Shown: one piece after another, positions 9,741 through 19,343 of the stretch
Layout of the letters: every line of letters starts with the position of its first letter
Position numbering within the stretch: the stretch's first letter is position 1
NCBI GenBank assembly: GCA_964426185.1
Contig: CAYRPF010000006.1
Span: forward strand, 30,001-62,000
Direction of reading: 5' to 3'
Origin: an uncultured archaeon
GTDB taxonomy: Archaea > Asgardarchaeota > Lokiarchaeia > Sigyniarchaeales > Promethearchaeaceae
Length of the DNA: 32,000 bases
The notes under the pieces: generated by a model
What the model saw: the letters and a program-made list of their open reading frames with translations, nothing else
Database searches by the model: none
Told to the model about the DNA's origin: nothing
Translations under genes and position numbers: made by a program

Positions 9741-10727
9741 TTGTGGAAACCCGTGAATCAACCTTCAAAAACTAATGAAGAAGTTACTTCTTCCGAAAAA
9801 ATCGAACAAGCAATTCAATTAGGAATGAAAGAATTAAAAGAAACATATAAACATCCAAATACACCTCTAATTCAAGATCAGAGGGCAGAAATTTTAGCTC
9901 AATTGGGTGTTCTCTTATGGAAAAAAGATGATTTTAGGGAAGCACGAAAATATTTTCTTATGGCATTAACCGAGTACGAATCGCTTAAAGACCAATTCAA
10001 AATTGCAAATGTAAAGAGTAGTTTAGGTTCTCTGTTTATCCAAATGGGTGAATATTCTTTGGCTCTTAGAAATAATTTAGAAGCATTGGAATATTGGAAC
10101 ACTAAAAATTTCCTAAATGAACGGATAGCGACTTTACAAAATGTGGGTATTTGTTATCTTCAAATGAAAGAAGATATAAAAGCTGCAGATTATCTCTTAA
10201 AAGCCTTACAGATGGCCGTTTATCTTGAAGATGAAAGCCAATTTGCAAATACAATTCAAGTTTTATTAGAATATTATGAAAAACAACAAAGATATGACAT
10301 GTTGCTAGAATTAAAACGCAAAGCTTTAGACTTTTGGACTACTTTAAACCTTCCATTACGACAATTTAAGACCCTTATTGATTTAGGTGTGATTTGTCAA
10401 ATTTTAAACGAATTTAAGACTGCGTTGAATTACTTTAAACAAGCTTATAATATTGCCTATAATATGGCTGATTTAGAAAAAATGTATCTTGCAGAAGGAT
10501 TTATCGGTGAATGTTATGTAAAACTCGGGGATATCTCCCAAGCGAGAAAAATTTATCTTCAAACATTCAAATTGGCTGTCTACTTAAATGTATTTTCCGA
10601 TCATCAAGAAGCAGTAGATTCTATGCGACTTTTACTCCTTACATTGGGTTTTTCTCGCAAAGAACTCGATCATGAAGAAAAAAAAGCATTGTTTGAAGCT
10701 CAAAAAGATCATCCCAAAAAAGTTTAA
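9741..10727 (+). CDS. Tetratricopeptide-repeat protein
   Basis: Recurrent ~40-aa helical repeats (LAQLGVLLW..DDFREARKYF; SSLGSLFIQMGEYSLAL; QNVGICY; IDLGVIC; FIGECYVKLGD). Start uncertain (TTG 9741 or a downstream ATG). Confidence 0.88.
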   Translation: MWKPVNQPSKTNEEVTSSEKIEQAIQLGMKELKETYKHPNTPLIQDQRAEILAQLGVLLWKKDDFREARKYFLMALTEYESLKDQFKIANVKSSLGSLFIQMGEYSLALRNNLEALEYWNTKNFLNERIATLQNVGICYLQMKEDIKAADYLLKALQMAVYLEDESQFANTIQVLLEYYEKQQRYDMLLELKRKALDFWTTLNLPLRQFKTLIDLGVICQILNEFKTALNYFKQAYNIAYNMADLEKMYLAEGFIGECYVKLGDISQARKIYLQTFKLAVYLNVFSDHQEAVDSMRLLLLTLGFSRKELDHEEKKALFEAQKDHPKKV

Positions 10728-10767
10728 ATGTGTTATCTCTCCATAATTCAATAAAAAGGGGATTAAA

Positions 10768-11880
10768 ATGAAAAAAATCGCCGAATTGTGGGAACCCTAT
10801 GGGGATCCTGATGAAAAAACAGTGAAATGTAATGTTTGTGCACACTATTGTTTAATTAAACCCAATAAGCGAGGTTTTTGCCAGACTCGGATAAATCTTG
10901 ATGGAACTCTATATACACTTGATTACGGCGCACTAATTTCTCCTGGTAGTAATGATCCTATTGAGAAAAAACCGTTGTATCACTTTTGGCCCGGAACTCG
11001 TGCATTTTCAATCGCAACTATAGGTTGTAATTTTAGATGTATGCAATGCCAAAACTGGGAAATATCTCAATCTTATCCTTCTGAAGACGGAAAGAAAGCT
11101 CTTTTTACTCAAAAAGATCAACGAGATTTTGGTGTAAGATCTTTTTTATTGACGGAAATGACACCCGAAGAAGTAATTTCCCGTGTACAGAAGAGTAACT
11201 CGACAAGTATTGCCTATACTTATAATGAACCTACAATTTGGTTCGAATTTGTTAGAGATACCTCTCTTTTGGCGCATCAAGCCGGTATTCAAAATGTCTT
11301 GGTATCAAATGGCTATTCATCCCCCGAGGCTAATAGTTATTTTGTTAAATTTATTGATGCCGCAAATATTGATATAAAATCAATCAATGATTCCTTCTAT
11401 AAGAAAATCGTGGGAGTTCCTTCAGTCAAATCGGTATTAGATACATGTATATACTTTAAAAATCATGGTGTTCATCTTGAAATAACAAATCTTATCATTC
11501 CGAATGAGAATGATTCTCTTGCAGACATTCGCAATCTCATATCATGGGTGTTGGAAAACTTGGGTCCAAATGTACCATTGCATTTCTCAGCTTATACACC
11601 AAGATATCGAATGAATAATCCATCCACTTCCTCTAAAATATTAGACTTTGCTTGGACAGAAGCAAAAAAGGTAGGATTAAATTATGTTTATCTGGGAAAT
11701 GTGCTTTCTGATAAAGGGAGTAATACTTATTGTCCAAATTGTGGTGAACTAATCATAGAAAGGCGCGGATATTATACAAAAGCGCCAGGATTATCATCTC
11801 AAAATACATGTAAAAAATGTGGGGAAAAAATATCGATTGTGGGTGAATTTGCAAAATCACCTCACCATTCATTTTTCTGA
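10768..11880 (+). CDS. amrS: AmmeMemoRadiSam system radical SAM enzyme (PflX/AmrS-like)
   Basis: CNVCAHYC N-terminal motif, DPIEKKPLYHFWPG, CNFRCMQC radical SAM motif followed by QNWEISQ, AYTYNEPTIWFE, and C-terminal CPNC/CKKC. Confidence 0.92.
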   Translation: MKKIAELWEPYGDPDEKTVKCNVCAHYCLIKPNKRGFCQTRINLDGTLYTLDYGALISPGSNDPIEKKPLYHFWPGTRAFSIATIGCNFRCMQCQNWEISQSYPSEDGKKALFTQKDQRDFGVRSFLLTEMTPEEVISRVQKSNSTSIAYTYNEPTIWFEFVRDTSLLAHQAGIQNVLVSNGYSSPEANSYFVKFIDAANIDIKSINDSFYKKIVGVPSVKSVLDTCIYFKNHGVHLEITNLIIPNENDSLADIRNLISWVLENLGPNVPLHFSAYTPRYRMNNPSTSSKILDFAWTEAKKVGLNYVYLGNVLSDKGSNTYCPNCGELIIERRGYYTKAPGLSSQNTCKKCGEKISIVGEFAKSPHHSFF

Positions 11881-11990
11881 ATTCCCTCGACAAATTGCTT
11901 ATTTCAATAATACGTTCTATAATGTTTTTATTTTTTTTATGCTTGACCTTTTTGATATAGATTCGAAAATCTTATAGGTAGAATTTAGGA

Positions 11991-14705
11991 ATGACACCAC
12001 ACACGTTGCGGAAATGCGCGAAAATTGGTTTACTGGGGATTCTTATGGTGTTTCTTCTCCTTCCCTTAATAATTCAAGGAGGATCTCCCACTCCCACAAC
12101 CGATAATATGATAAGTTCAGATTCTGGTTTTGAATCAACAACTATTATGGACCAAAGTAGTTCAGATTATACTACTTTGCCATACTTGCGAAATTCAACA
12201 CCCTATTTAACATGGGTTGACTCGTTGGTCAATAATGCCACCCTTCCCGATAATCCTTCCGAACCCGAATTACCCTTATATTTTGCTCAATCAGATAGAT
12301 CGGGTGAAACAATTACAGATAATAAACATTACTTTGAAGACGCTGTAATTTTTTTAAATGGGTTAGCAAGCATGCTTGATTATTCCAATGAAGAAATCTT
12401 GGCTTATTTCAATCAATTAAAAGATTATAAATTTTGGGATAGTGAAAGCGGAGAGCAGGGCTTTTATTCTTACATAGATTCTCAGTCTTTTGAGAATTCA
12501 TCTGTAAAGGCATTGAAGGGAAATGCTCAATATATTCTATCCCTCAACAAATTATTAGAAAATACTGCGACTAATTCTGAAGCGACAAATTTAATTCAAG
12601 CCCAGTGGACCGTACTCAACGACATATTTTATGATTCTAAGCATTATCTCTACAATCACACTGATTCTGATGGTCAAAAATACATGGAAGATCAATTTTT
12701 GGCAGCATTATCTGGGTATTTAATTAATAAATATAATTTACCAAATGCTGCTTCTGCAAAAACAAGAGCTGATGATGTAATGAAACTATTGATCGATGAG
12801 CATGATTCTGGAAATTACTTCATTTTCAAAAATAATGCCTTCGATTACAAGCGTAACTTTGATTTAAGCGCCTCTTCTTCAGTAATGGATTTAAAAACTA
12901 ATGCTTATGGGATTTTAGCTTTGCTAGAATGGTTTCTTGCCGATGAATTGGTTGAGAATAGCAATTATTTGAGAGTAGAGAAAGCAGAAGCTATTTTCAA
13001 CAATTTCTATCATCACCTTTGGAGTAATTCATATTCTCTTTTTATGAATACAATGTGGAAACCGGGAGCCAATATAGTAGTGCTTGATGATACAATCGAT
13101 GTGGTTGCAAATTCAATTATGTTACTTGCAGTAGAGCGATTATATCAAATTACTGGGAATTTTTCATACTTTGAAATTGCTATGAAAATGTTCAACGGTT
13201 TAGAAAAGAACATGCGCGATTCGGCTTATGGAACTTATTATACATCAGTAAATGCTACTTCTGGGCAATATAATGATATAAAATCCTTAAAAACTCATGC
13301 AAATATAATCAATGCTTACAATGAACTAAATGATTTTGGTCAACAATCTTCATTAACCTTAGATTTAAATCAAACCGAGTTTATCAAGGGTGAGGCTAAT
13401 CCATTAAATGTATCTGCTGAATATTTCTTGGATTTTACTTTATCTTCTGGTGATTTCACAAAACAAAAAATCTATGATATATTTAATGCAACCTTTTCAT
13501 TTGTATTTCGTGCTCCAAATGGAACAATAATTGAATCCCAAGAAATCTCCGGAAATAATTCTGGTAAATGCTTTGTTCTTTTCAATTTCGAAGATAATAT
13601 GGAATTTGGTGAATATCATGTCTCTCTTCGAGTGAATTATACTGGAATTTCGACTCAGTTTGCGTCTAGTGTCTTCAACTTGCAACCTGGCATTGAAATC
13701 GTTAATTTAACTTTACAATCTTCAAAAATTCGATGTGGTGAGAATTTTAATGTTTCATTCCAAATCGATTCAGAAAAAATTACCAATATAACGGCTGATA
13801 TTCAAATTGAAGGCGATTGGATCAATAACCAAACGATTTTCAATCAATTAATTCAAGCTGAGACTTTAAATAATTATAGTTTCACAGTTATTGTTGATCA
13901 AGTTGCTGAATTTGGTAATTCAAATATAATTATCAAAATTCTCAATAATTCTCTGGAGTACGCAGAATCCTCAATTGAATATATGATCTATAGTTCGATT
14001 GAAATCATTTCCGTTCAACAGGTTGCCACCGTATTTCGTGCACGAAATTTTACAACTATTGTATCAGTTGAAAATAAAATGGGGTTTGCGGAATCCATAA
14101 TAATGGAATTATCAGGAGACAATATATCACCGATAAATTTGAGCCTTAATTTAGCCGCTTATCAAATAGAAACTGTTGAACTAACCTCTTTTGTTCAATT
14201 AGATACCTCTCTTGGGGATTTATCCTATGATTTCCAAATTTCTCGAAAATCCGATAATTCAGAGATTAAAACATATTCGCTTTCATCGAAAGTTAAAAAC
14301 CCATTGGAATTTCTCTACATTACTCCCCCAGAGAAAGCATACCAGTGGCGTCAGAATAGCATTATATGTTCAATTCAAAATAACATGGATGACCCCCAAG
14401 GAATTCAAGTATATCTTAATGATCAATTAGTTTCCTCACTCTCTTCAGTAGCACCTGGGGAAAATATTCTCAGTATTCCAATTTCTAAAACCTTGCGAAA
14501 TCCTTATGAACTTGGAATCAAATCGTTTAGAATTGAAATTTATGATAGTAATGGTTTGCTACTTTACCAAGATACCATTACTACTCAAGTTGAGCCTTCA
14601 TTGGGGAGTATCTTACTCGGATATGTTCTACCATTAGCAATTCCTATTATCGGAATTGTCATTGTAAAGCATATGGCTTTAGAAAATAAAAAAAGATTAA
14701 TGTAA
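11991..14705 (+). CDS. Large cell-surface protein: signal/anchor helix, probable (alpha/alpha)6 glycosidase-like domain, Ig-like beta domains, C-terminal TM helix
   Basis: Hydrophobic N-terminus; helical repeats typical of six-hairpin folds (FWDSE..GFY, KTNAYGILALLE, LYQITGNFSYFEIA, RDSAYGTYY); beta-rich C-terminal half; many NxS/T sequons; TM LLGYVLPLAIPIIGIVIV with a basic tail. Confidence 0.75.
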   Translation: MTPHTLRKCAKIGLLGILMVFLLLPLIIQGGSPTPTTDNMISSDSGFESTTIMDQSSSDYTTLPYLRNSTPYLTWVDSLVNNATLPDNPSEPELPLYFAQSDRSGETITDNKHYFEDAVIFLNGLASMLDYSNEEILAYFNQLKDYKFWDSESGEQGFYSYIDSQSFENSSVKALKGNAQYILSLNKLLENTATNSEATNLIQAQWTVLNDIFYDSKHYLYNHTDSDGQKYMEDQFLAALSGYLINKYNLPNAASAKTRADDVMKLLIDEHDSGNYFIFKNNAFDYKRNFDLSASSSVMDLKTNAYGILALLEWFLADELVENSNYLRVEKAEAIFNNFYHHLWSNSYSLFMNTMWKPGANIVVLDDTIDVVANSIMLLAVERLYQITGNFSYFEIAMKMFNGLEKNMRDSAYGTYYTSVNATSGQYNDIKSLKTHANIINAYNELNDFGQQSSLTLDLNQTEFIKGEANPLNVSAEYFLDFTLSSGDFTKQKIYDIFNATFSFVFRAPNGTIIESQEISGNNSGKCFVLFNFEDNMEFGEYHVSLRVNYTGISTQFASSVFNLQPGIEIVNLTLQSSKIRCGENFNVSFQIDSEKITNITADIQIEGDWINNQTIFNQLIQAETLNNYSFTVIVDQVAEFGNSNIIIKILNNSLEYAESSIEYMIYSSIEIISVQQVATVFRARNFTTIVSVENKMGFAESIIMELSGDNISPINLSLNLAAYQIETVELTSFVQLDTSLGDLSYDFQISRKSDNSEIKTYSLSSKVKNPLEFLYITPPEKAYQWRQNSIICSIQNNMDDPQGIQVYLNDQLVSSLSSVAPGENILSIPISKTLRNPYELGIKSFRIEIYDSNGLLLYQDTITTQVEPSLGSILLGYVLPLAIPIIGIVIVKHMALENKKRLM

Positions 14706-14723
14706 ACTTAACTATATAAAAAC

Positions 14724-16466
14724 GTGAAAAAAATGAATAGACAACAAAAATTATTGACATTATTTGTAAGCTTGGCAATTTGTGGGATAATTTTTCCAAC
14801 ATTAATTGGTGGTCATTCCTTTAATCCAAGTTATTCTCCATTAGCAGCAGCTGACGATGACATTTTCATAACTTCAGACGATGTTACTATTGATCGGACT
14901 ACTATAAAACGTGTTCTTCAATCGGTAAATATAACCTATAATAATTCTGGACCTCAATTGGATTCATCTGGATTTCAAGCCAACTTAACCTTTGTAGATG
15001 ATTCTAGTCTTCTTTTATCCATGACAAACACCAGTAGTGCTCCTGATATTTGGTCTCTTGAATTTACACCCGATGCAGTAAATATAACTGGTGTTGTTCA
15101 AGTTTTTATCTTACCTACTGATGTAATTGGTGGTTTTACAAATGAAGTTCCTGATGCATCTTTCACAATTGAAAACAACTTACCTCATGTTTCAGTGCAA
15201 ATGAATAAGAATGAATACTATCGAAATGAAACTATTTCTCTCAATTTTTATCCATCTGATATTGAACAAGCCGTTGAAGAACTAAATTGGACCATTAGTT
15301 TATACCGTTCAGGATCTGGTTCTCCGATTGAAGTTTTTGTGGAAAATGCTTCGATATTTGAATATTCATATGTGATTTCAAATGATACTCAGTTAGGAAC
15401 CTATTATATTAATGCCACTAGCTGGGATGCAGATGAACGTAACATTGATTTATACTATTTTGAAATTTTGAATAATATTCCTGTTATCGATGCTATTCAA
15501 TTAGAAATCGACGAAAGTTTATATGATGATGTAGAATCAACAGCAATCTCTGTTCTTCGAGGAGAAAATTTCATCTTACGCCTTAATGCAACAGATATAG
15601 ATGGTAATTTCGAAAATTTCCGATTAACTATTACTGCAAATGATCCTTTATCTGGGGACGCTATTTTCTTTGGAGATTATAATGATATTTTACCGAATCT
15701 AACAGGAAATTCTTGGTTATTTGAAAAAGATATTGTATTTCCTATTACCATAAATATTGGAATCACAGAGATGAATGTTGAATTACGTGAATATGCTTCC
15801 GATAATGAAACATTATTGGATAAAACCAACCAAATTATAACATTTCAGCTCCAAAACAATGCTCCTGAAGTGAACCATGTATTCATAAATGGAATTTATG
15901 CAGAACCTTTATCATTTACTGCTAGTGAGGTTTTAAATTTCACCTTTGATGTTGTAGATTCTGAAGATGAAAGTTTAATTGCTAAAAATCGTGAGAATCA
16001 TAAAGAGATTTACGCCTATATTACTCTTATTTTCACTCATGATGCTTCAGGAATTCAAAAAGAATATACCATGCCATATCAATATGAAGAAAATGCTCTT
16101 TTCCAGTTAAATACTTTCGAATTAGAAGCGGGAACGTGGTCAGTTCAAGTTATTCTTCAAGATACTGATGGATTAACCTCCGAGATTTCTGATCCTATTC
16201 TATTTGAAATAGAATCAGCAAAAAGCGTCAATCCGATGATGTGGTTGATGTTCGCTATTGGAATTATTCTGGGTGGTGTGGTTATCTTTGCGGCAACCTA
16301 TGCTACCTTGAAAATTAGAGTTATGCAGCAATCACGAATCTCCAGTAGTAATGAAGCGGAACTTCCTGAAGTAAGTGAAGAGAATGTTTCTCCAGCTGAT
16401 AAAAACACAAAAGCCAAATCAAAGCCCGATACTAAAAAGGATAAGAAATTGGTTCGGAAGCTCTAA
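14724..16466 (+). CDS. Acidic cell-surface protein with tandem Ig/cadherin-like beta-sandwich repeats and a C-terminal TM anchor
   Basis: Signal peptide; repeat junction motifs IENNLP, ILNNIP and LQNNAP with DxE/DxD motifs (SDIE, TDIDG, VDSED, QDTDG); TM MMWLMFAIGIILGGVVIFAA; K-rich cytoplasmic tail. Lies 18 bp downstream of the previous gene. Confidence 0.8.
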   Translation: MKKMNRQQKLLTLFVSLAICGIIFPTLIGGHSFNPSYSPLAAADDDIFITSDDVTIDRTTIKRVLQSVNITYNNSGPQLDSSGFQANLTFVDDSSLLLSMTNTSSAPDIWSLEFTPDAVNITGVVQVFILPTDVIGGFTNEVPDASFTIENNLPHVSVQMNKNEYYRNETISLNFYPSDIEQAVEELNWTISLYRSGSGSPIEVFVENASIFEYSYVISNDTQLGTYYINATSWDADERNIDLYYFEILNNIPVIDAIQLEIDESLYDDVESTAISVLRGENFILRLNATDIDGNFENFRLTITANDPLSGDAIFFGDYNDILPNLTGNSWLFEKDIVFPITINIGITEMNVELREYASDNETLLDKTNQIITFQLQNNAPEVNHVFINGIYAEPLSFTASEVLNFTFDVVDSEDESLIAKNRENHKEIYAYITLIFTHDASGIQKEYTMPYQYEENALFQLNTFELEAGTWSVQVILQDTDGLTSEISDPILFEIESAKSVNPMMWLMFAIGIILGGVVIFAATYATLKIRVMQQSRISSSNEAELPEVSEENVSPADKNTKAKSKPDTKKDKKLVRKL

Positions 16467-16530
16467 GATTTTTTTAATTTTTAGGTAAGATTTTTCTTTC
16501 TTTTTCAATGTTCTTTCTTCTTCTCCTAAA

Positions 16531-16635
16531 TTCTCATTTCATCATTTTCTAATGATATTGTGTGGTTTGTAATACTACATTGCATCAAAGTGGTGATAAA
16601 TAGCACAATATTACAGTGAAATGATGAAATGAGAA
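16531..16635. repeat. Long imperfect inverted repeat (about 105 bp hairpin) between convergent genes
   Basis: ttctcatttcatcattt (16531-16547) is the exact reverse complement of aaatgatgaaatgagaa (16619-16635). An inner stem atattgtg (16555-16562) pairs with cacaatat (16604-16611). Confidence 0.85.
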
Positions 16636-16674
16636 AAATTACGGGATGCATTCAGAAAAATGCAATTTTGGGTG

Positions 16675-16881
16675 TTAAATTAAATATCTGAATATATACT
16701 TGATGATTTTCTGACCGTTGGAAAAATATTCATCTGTATGTTCTTTAGCTATTTTTGGAATTATTTGTTCCCAAGTATAATCCAACACATCCGAAACACT
16801 ATGAATTTGCCGTGATAATTGGGAAATTTCATTTACTAATCTTTCTGGGGCAATTTTTGCTCTTTTTGCTAATTCGGTCAT
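16675..16881 (-). CDS. Small hypothetical helical protein (68 aa), probable last gene of the acyltransferase/activase operon
   Basis: ATG preceded by SD-like GAGTGA (minus strand aaagagtgattattaATG), 30 bp after the activase stop, with amphipathic helical composition. Confidence 0.5.
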   Translation of the reverse strand: MTELAKRAKIAPERLVNEISQLSRQIHSVSDVLDYTWEQIIPKIAKEHTDEYFSNGQKIIKYIFRYLI

Positions 16882-16911
16882 TAATAATCACTCTTTAACA
16901 AATTGTGTAAA

Positions 16912-18039
16912 TTAATATACCGCCCATTTACCGCATCGATCTCCCCAACGAGCAACCAATTCTTTCTTCTTCTTTCCGTCTTTTTCATCTGTGTTGTGCA
17001 TATAAACGGATACAACTTCACATCGATTAGGACAACCTTGACATTGAAAAGTTTTAGTTTCAAAATCGAAATGTAATAAACCAAATCCACGAAATTGTGT
17101 TTTCCAACTACCAGTCATTTTACGCGTGCGTTCTGCTTCTTCTTTCACTAATAATGCTGCACCATATGCTCCCATCATAATGTTTAATCCATCTTTGGGA
17201 ACAATAACTTTCTTATGAAGTTCTTCTTCGAATGCTTTAATTAAACCTTCATTAAATGCCACACCACCTTGAAATAATATTGGTTCCTCAATTTCCTTTC
17301 CTTTACCAACATTATTAAGGTAATTTCGAACCAAAGCATCGCATAATCCCCGAATGATGCTTTCTTTTGTATATCCCATTTGAGCTTTGTGAATCATGTC
17401 TGATTCAGCAAAAACTCCGCATCGTCCTGCAATAGTGACATTTTCTTTAGCACGTAGAGCATAATCACCGAATTTTTCTATAGGAATTCCTAATCTGGTA
17501 GCTTGATGATCTAAAAAACTCCCAGTTCCAGCAGCACAAACAGAATTCATAGCAAAATCTGCAACAATTCCATCTCGGAGAATAATAATTTTTGAATCTT
17601 GCCCTCCAATCTCTAAAATGGTACGAACTTCAGGATAATAATGACTGGCGGCTACAGCATGGGCAATAATTTCAGTTTTTGCAATATCTCCACCTACTAC
17701 ACTTTTTATCAGATAGCGCGCCGAACCGGTGGTACCCACTCCAATAATGCGAATTTTTTCTAATATCCCACGTTCTTCTAGTTTTTTTTTTAATTGAGTC
17801 AACCCTTTTTTGGAAGATTCGATTGGACTACCTTGATTTCGTAACCAGAGGCGTTCTACGATATTTTCTTGTTCATCTAATAAGAGTATTTTGATAGATA
17901 CCGATCCAATATCGATCCCCATATATACATTTCGGATCTTTTGAAATTTCCCTTGTTTATTGATTTGTATTTTGGATACTTCTGAATCAATTTGGACAGT
18001 AGTCGCAAGGTTAGTTTTTTCTAGCTCTGGTTTTTCCAT
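16912..18039 (-). CDS. ATP-dependent acyl-CoA dehydratase/reductase activase (BcrAD/BadFG, HgdC-like ASKHA ATPase) with an extra C-terminal Cys motif; PlsA/Ger activation-domain-like
   Basis: GIDIGSVSIK, GTTGSAR, TEIIAH, EIGGQDSK, MNSVCAAGTGSFLD, IAGRCGVFAESD, QGGVAFN, and C-terminal FQCQGCPNRC...WGDRC. Confidence 0.92.
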   Translation of the reverse strand: MEKPELEKTNLATTVQIDSEVSKIQINKQGKFQKIRNVYMGIDIGSVSIKILLLDEQENIVERLWLRNQGSPIESSKKGLTQLKKKLEERGILEKIRIIGVGTTGSARYLIKSVVGGDIAKTEIIAHAVAASHYYPEVRTILEIGGQDSKIIILRDGIVADFAMNSVCAAGTGSFLDHQATRLGIPIEKFGDYALRAKENVTIAGRCGVFAESDMIHKAQMGYTKESIIRGLCDALVRNYLNNVGKGKEIEEPILFQGGVAFNEGLIKAFEEELHKKVIVPKDGLNIMMGAYGAALLVKEEAERTRKMTGSWKTQFRGFGLLHFDFETKTFQCQGCPNRCEVVSVYMHNTDEKDGKKKKELVARWGDRCGKWAVY

Positions 18040-19328
18040 TAATTATCACTATCTTCCTTACTATTTTTTTCTGTGGCTTTCGTATTAAAAATCTCCGATA
18101 ATAAAATATTGAAGTTATTGGCAATTGGGGTGAGTAATTCATCAAATAATGGATTTTTTTTAGCTTTTGAGAGGTGTTGATCATAAATTTTTCCAATTTC
18201 ATGAGGTTCTTGGTATTTCCCTTTGAAGCGTGGATTTTCTTGGCGATTGGATTTCATTAAATCGATAAAACTTTCTAAACGTGTGCGCATCCCTTCGTAT
18301 CCTGTATGTTCATCAATGCTATAGAACTGAATTGGTAAATAAAATGGATCAGGACTTTGCCCTTCTAGAATCCCACGCGCAGTGTTTTCAGGCATGCAAG
18401 TAAAAGGATATAAATGAATAAAACCATCAAATCCCAGTTGCTGGGCTTCAATATAATGTCCTACTACCCACATGGCTTCTCCTCCAATATCTAAAGGAAT
18501 GTAAGGTTTTGAAAAACGTTCTAACTTTTTTCGTTCTAAATTAATGTGCAACTTATGAAGAATCCAGTCATATAAGCTATTTGCTAAATGGACTTCAATC
18601 CCTTCTTCTCCAAATTTCCGAACAATATCCATATTTACGAAAGGTTCCATGACTATATGATTTTCTCCCGTTACTACAATCCGTAAAGGTTCAATATCCC
18701 TTTTAATTGGAATTTTTCGGAATTCTTCTTGGATAATTTGGCTGAAATTATGAAGTTTATATAAATCCCACTCCTCATCCAGTCGATCCATTAATATTTT
18801 CACAGTTTGGGTTGTATTTCCTTTATGAATTTCTCTACATCGTACTAAGCCCTCTAAACGAGTTATATCTGCAATATGGCTCATTTTTGATAGGGCTAAG
18901 CGGGTACAGTTGATTATGTCAAAATATTTCATGAGTGGATCTGTTATGTTTGTCAATTGAAGCAGAGTTTTCGTCCATTTGAAATTAAGCAGGTTATCTT
19001 GTTGTATAGGAATGATTTCTACATCGTATCCTAAATCTTTTAAGATTTTTTCTTGAATTGGGGCATAAAATCCAAGCCGACACGGACCACAATCGATTGA
19101 CATCACAAAAGTATGAATATCGTGATTTTTAATCATGTTAATGAATTCACCTAATGTCACCTTGAAAGGAAAGCAGACGAATTCCGGTGAAACTTTGGCT
19201 CCCATTTTTATTACGTCACGGGTTACAGGTGGTGGTGGAAACACTGTCACTCCTGGTAATTTCTCAAATAGTGCTCGAAATGCAATTCGACTCCAGCCCA
19301 TAGAAGGAAAACTTATTAATTTGCCCAT
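18039..19328 (-). CDS. 2-hydroxyacyl-CoA dehydratase (HGD-D)-like Fe-S subunit ('CoA protein activase'), PlsR-like
   Basis: PEFVCFPFKVTLGEF, GPCRLGFY, IVVTGE, GFDGFIHLYPFTCMPE, IDEHTGYEGMRTRLESFID. Its stop overlaps the next start (TAATG). Confidence 0.88.
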   Translation of the reverse strand: MGKLISFPSMGWSRIAFRALFEKLPGVTVFPPPPVTRDVIKMGAKVSPEFVCFPFKVTLGEFINMIKNHDIHTFVMSIDCGPCRLGFYAPIQEKILKDLGYDVEIIPIQQDNLLNFKWTKTLLQLTNITDPLMKYFDIINCTRLALSKMSHIADITRLEGLVRCREIHKGNTTQTVKILMDRLDEEWDLYKLHNFSQIIQEEFRKIPIKRDIEPLRIVVTGENHIVMEPFVNMDIVRKFGEEGIEVHLANSLYDWILHKLHINLERKKLERFSKPYIPLDIGGEAMWVVGHYIEAQQLGFDGFIHLYPFTCMPENTARGILEGQSPDPFYLPIQFYSIDEHTGYEGMRTRLESFIDLMKSNRQENPRFKGKYQEPHEIGKIYDQHLSKAKKNPLFDELLTPIANNFNILLSEIFNTKATEKNSKEDSDN

Positions 19329-19343
19329 TAGAATTTCTCCGTT

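Noticed and set aside
14680-16466. Di-lysine ER-retrieval-like signals at the C-termini of the two surface proteins (KKRLM, KKLVRKL)
   Set aside because: The spacing does not fit KKxx or KxKxx, and the positive-inside rule explains the basic tails.
16551-16620. SECIS element in the hairpin (contains ATGA)
   Set aside because: ATGA is not opposed by a GA to form the tandem G-A quartet, and neither flanking gene has an in-frame TGA.
16621-16691. C/D box sRNA (ATGATGA ... CTGA)
   Set aside because: No convincing C'/D' boxes or terminal stem; the box C is part of the inverted-repeat arm and the CTGA lies within the antisense ORF.
16480-16899. Integron gene cassette/attC around the 68-aa ORF (stop embedded in ATTTAAC = RYYYAAC; GTTAAAG upstream; nearby hairpin)
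   Set aside because: No matching GTTRRRY R' box downstream on the minus strand, the hairpin is offset about 40 bp from the R''-like box, no integrase or other cassettes are present, and such heptamers are common at this AT content.
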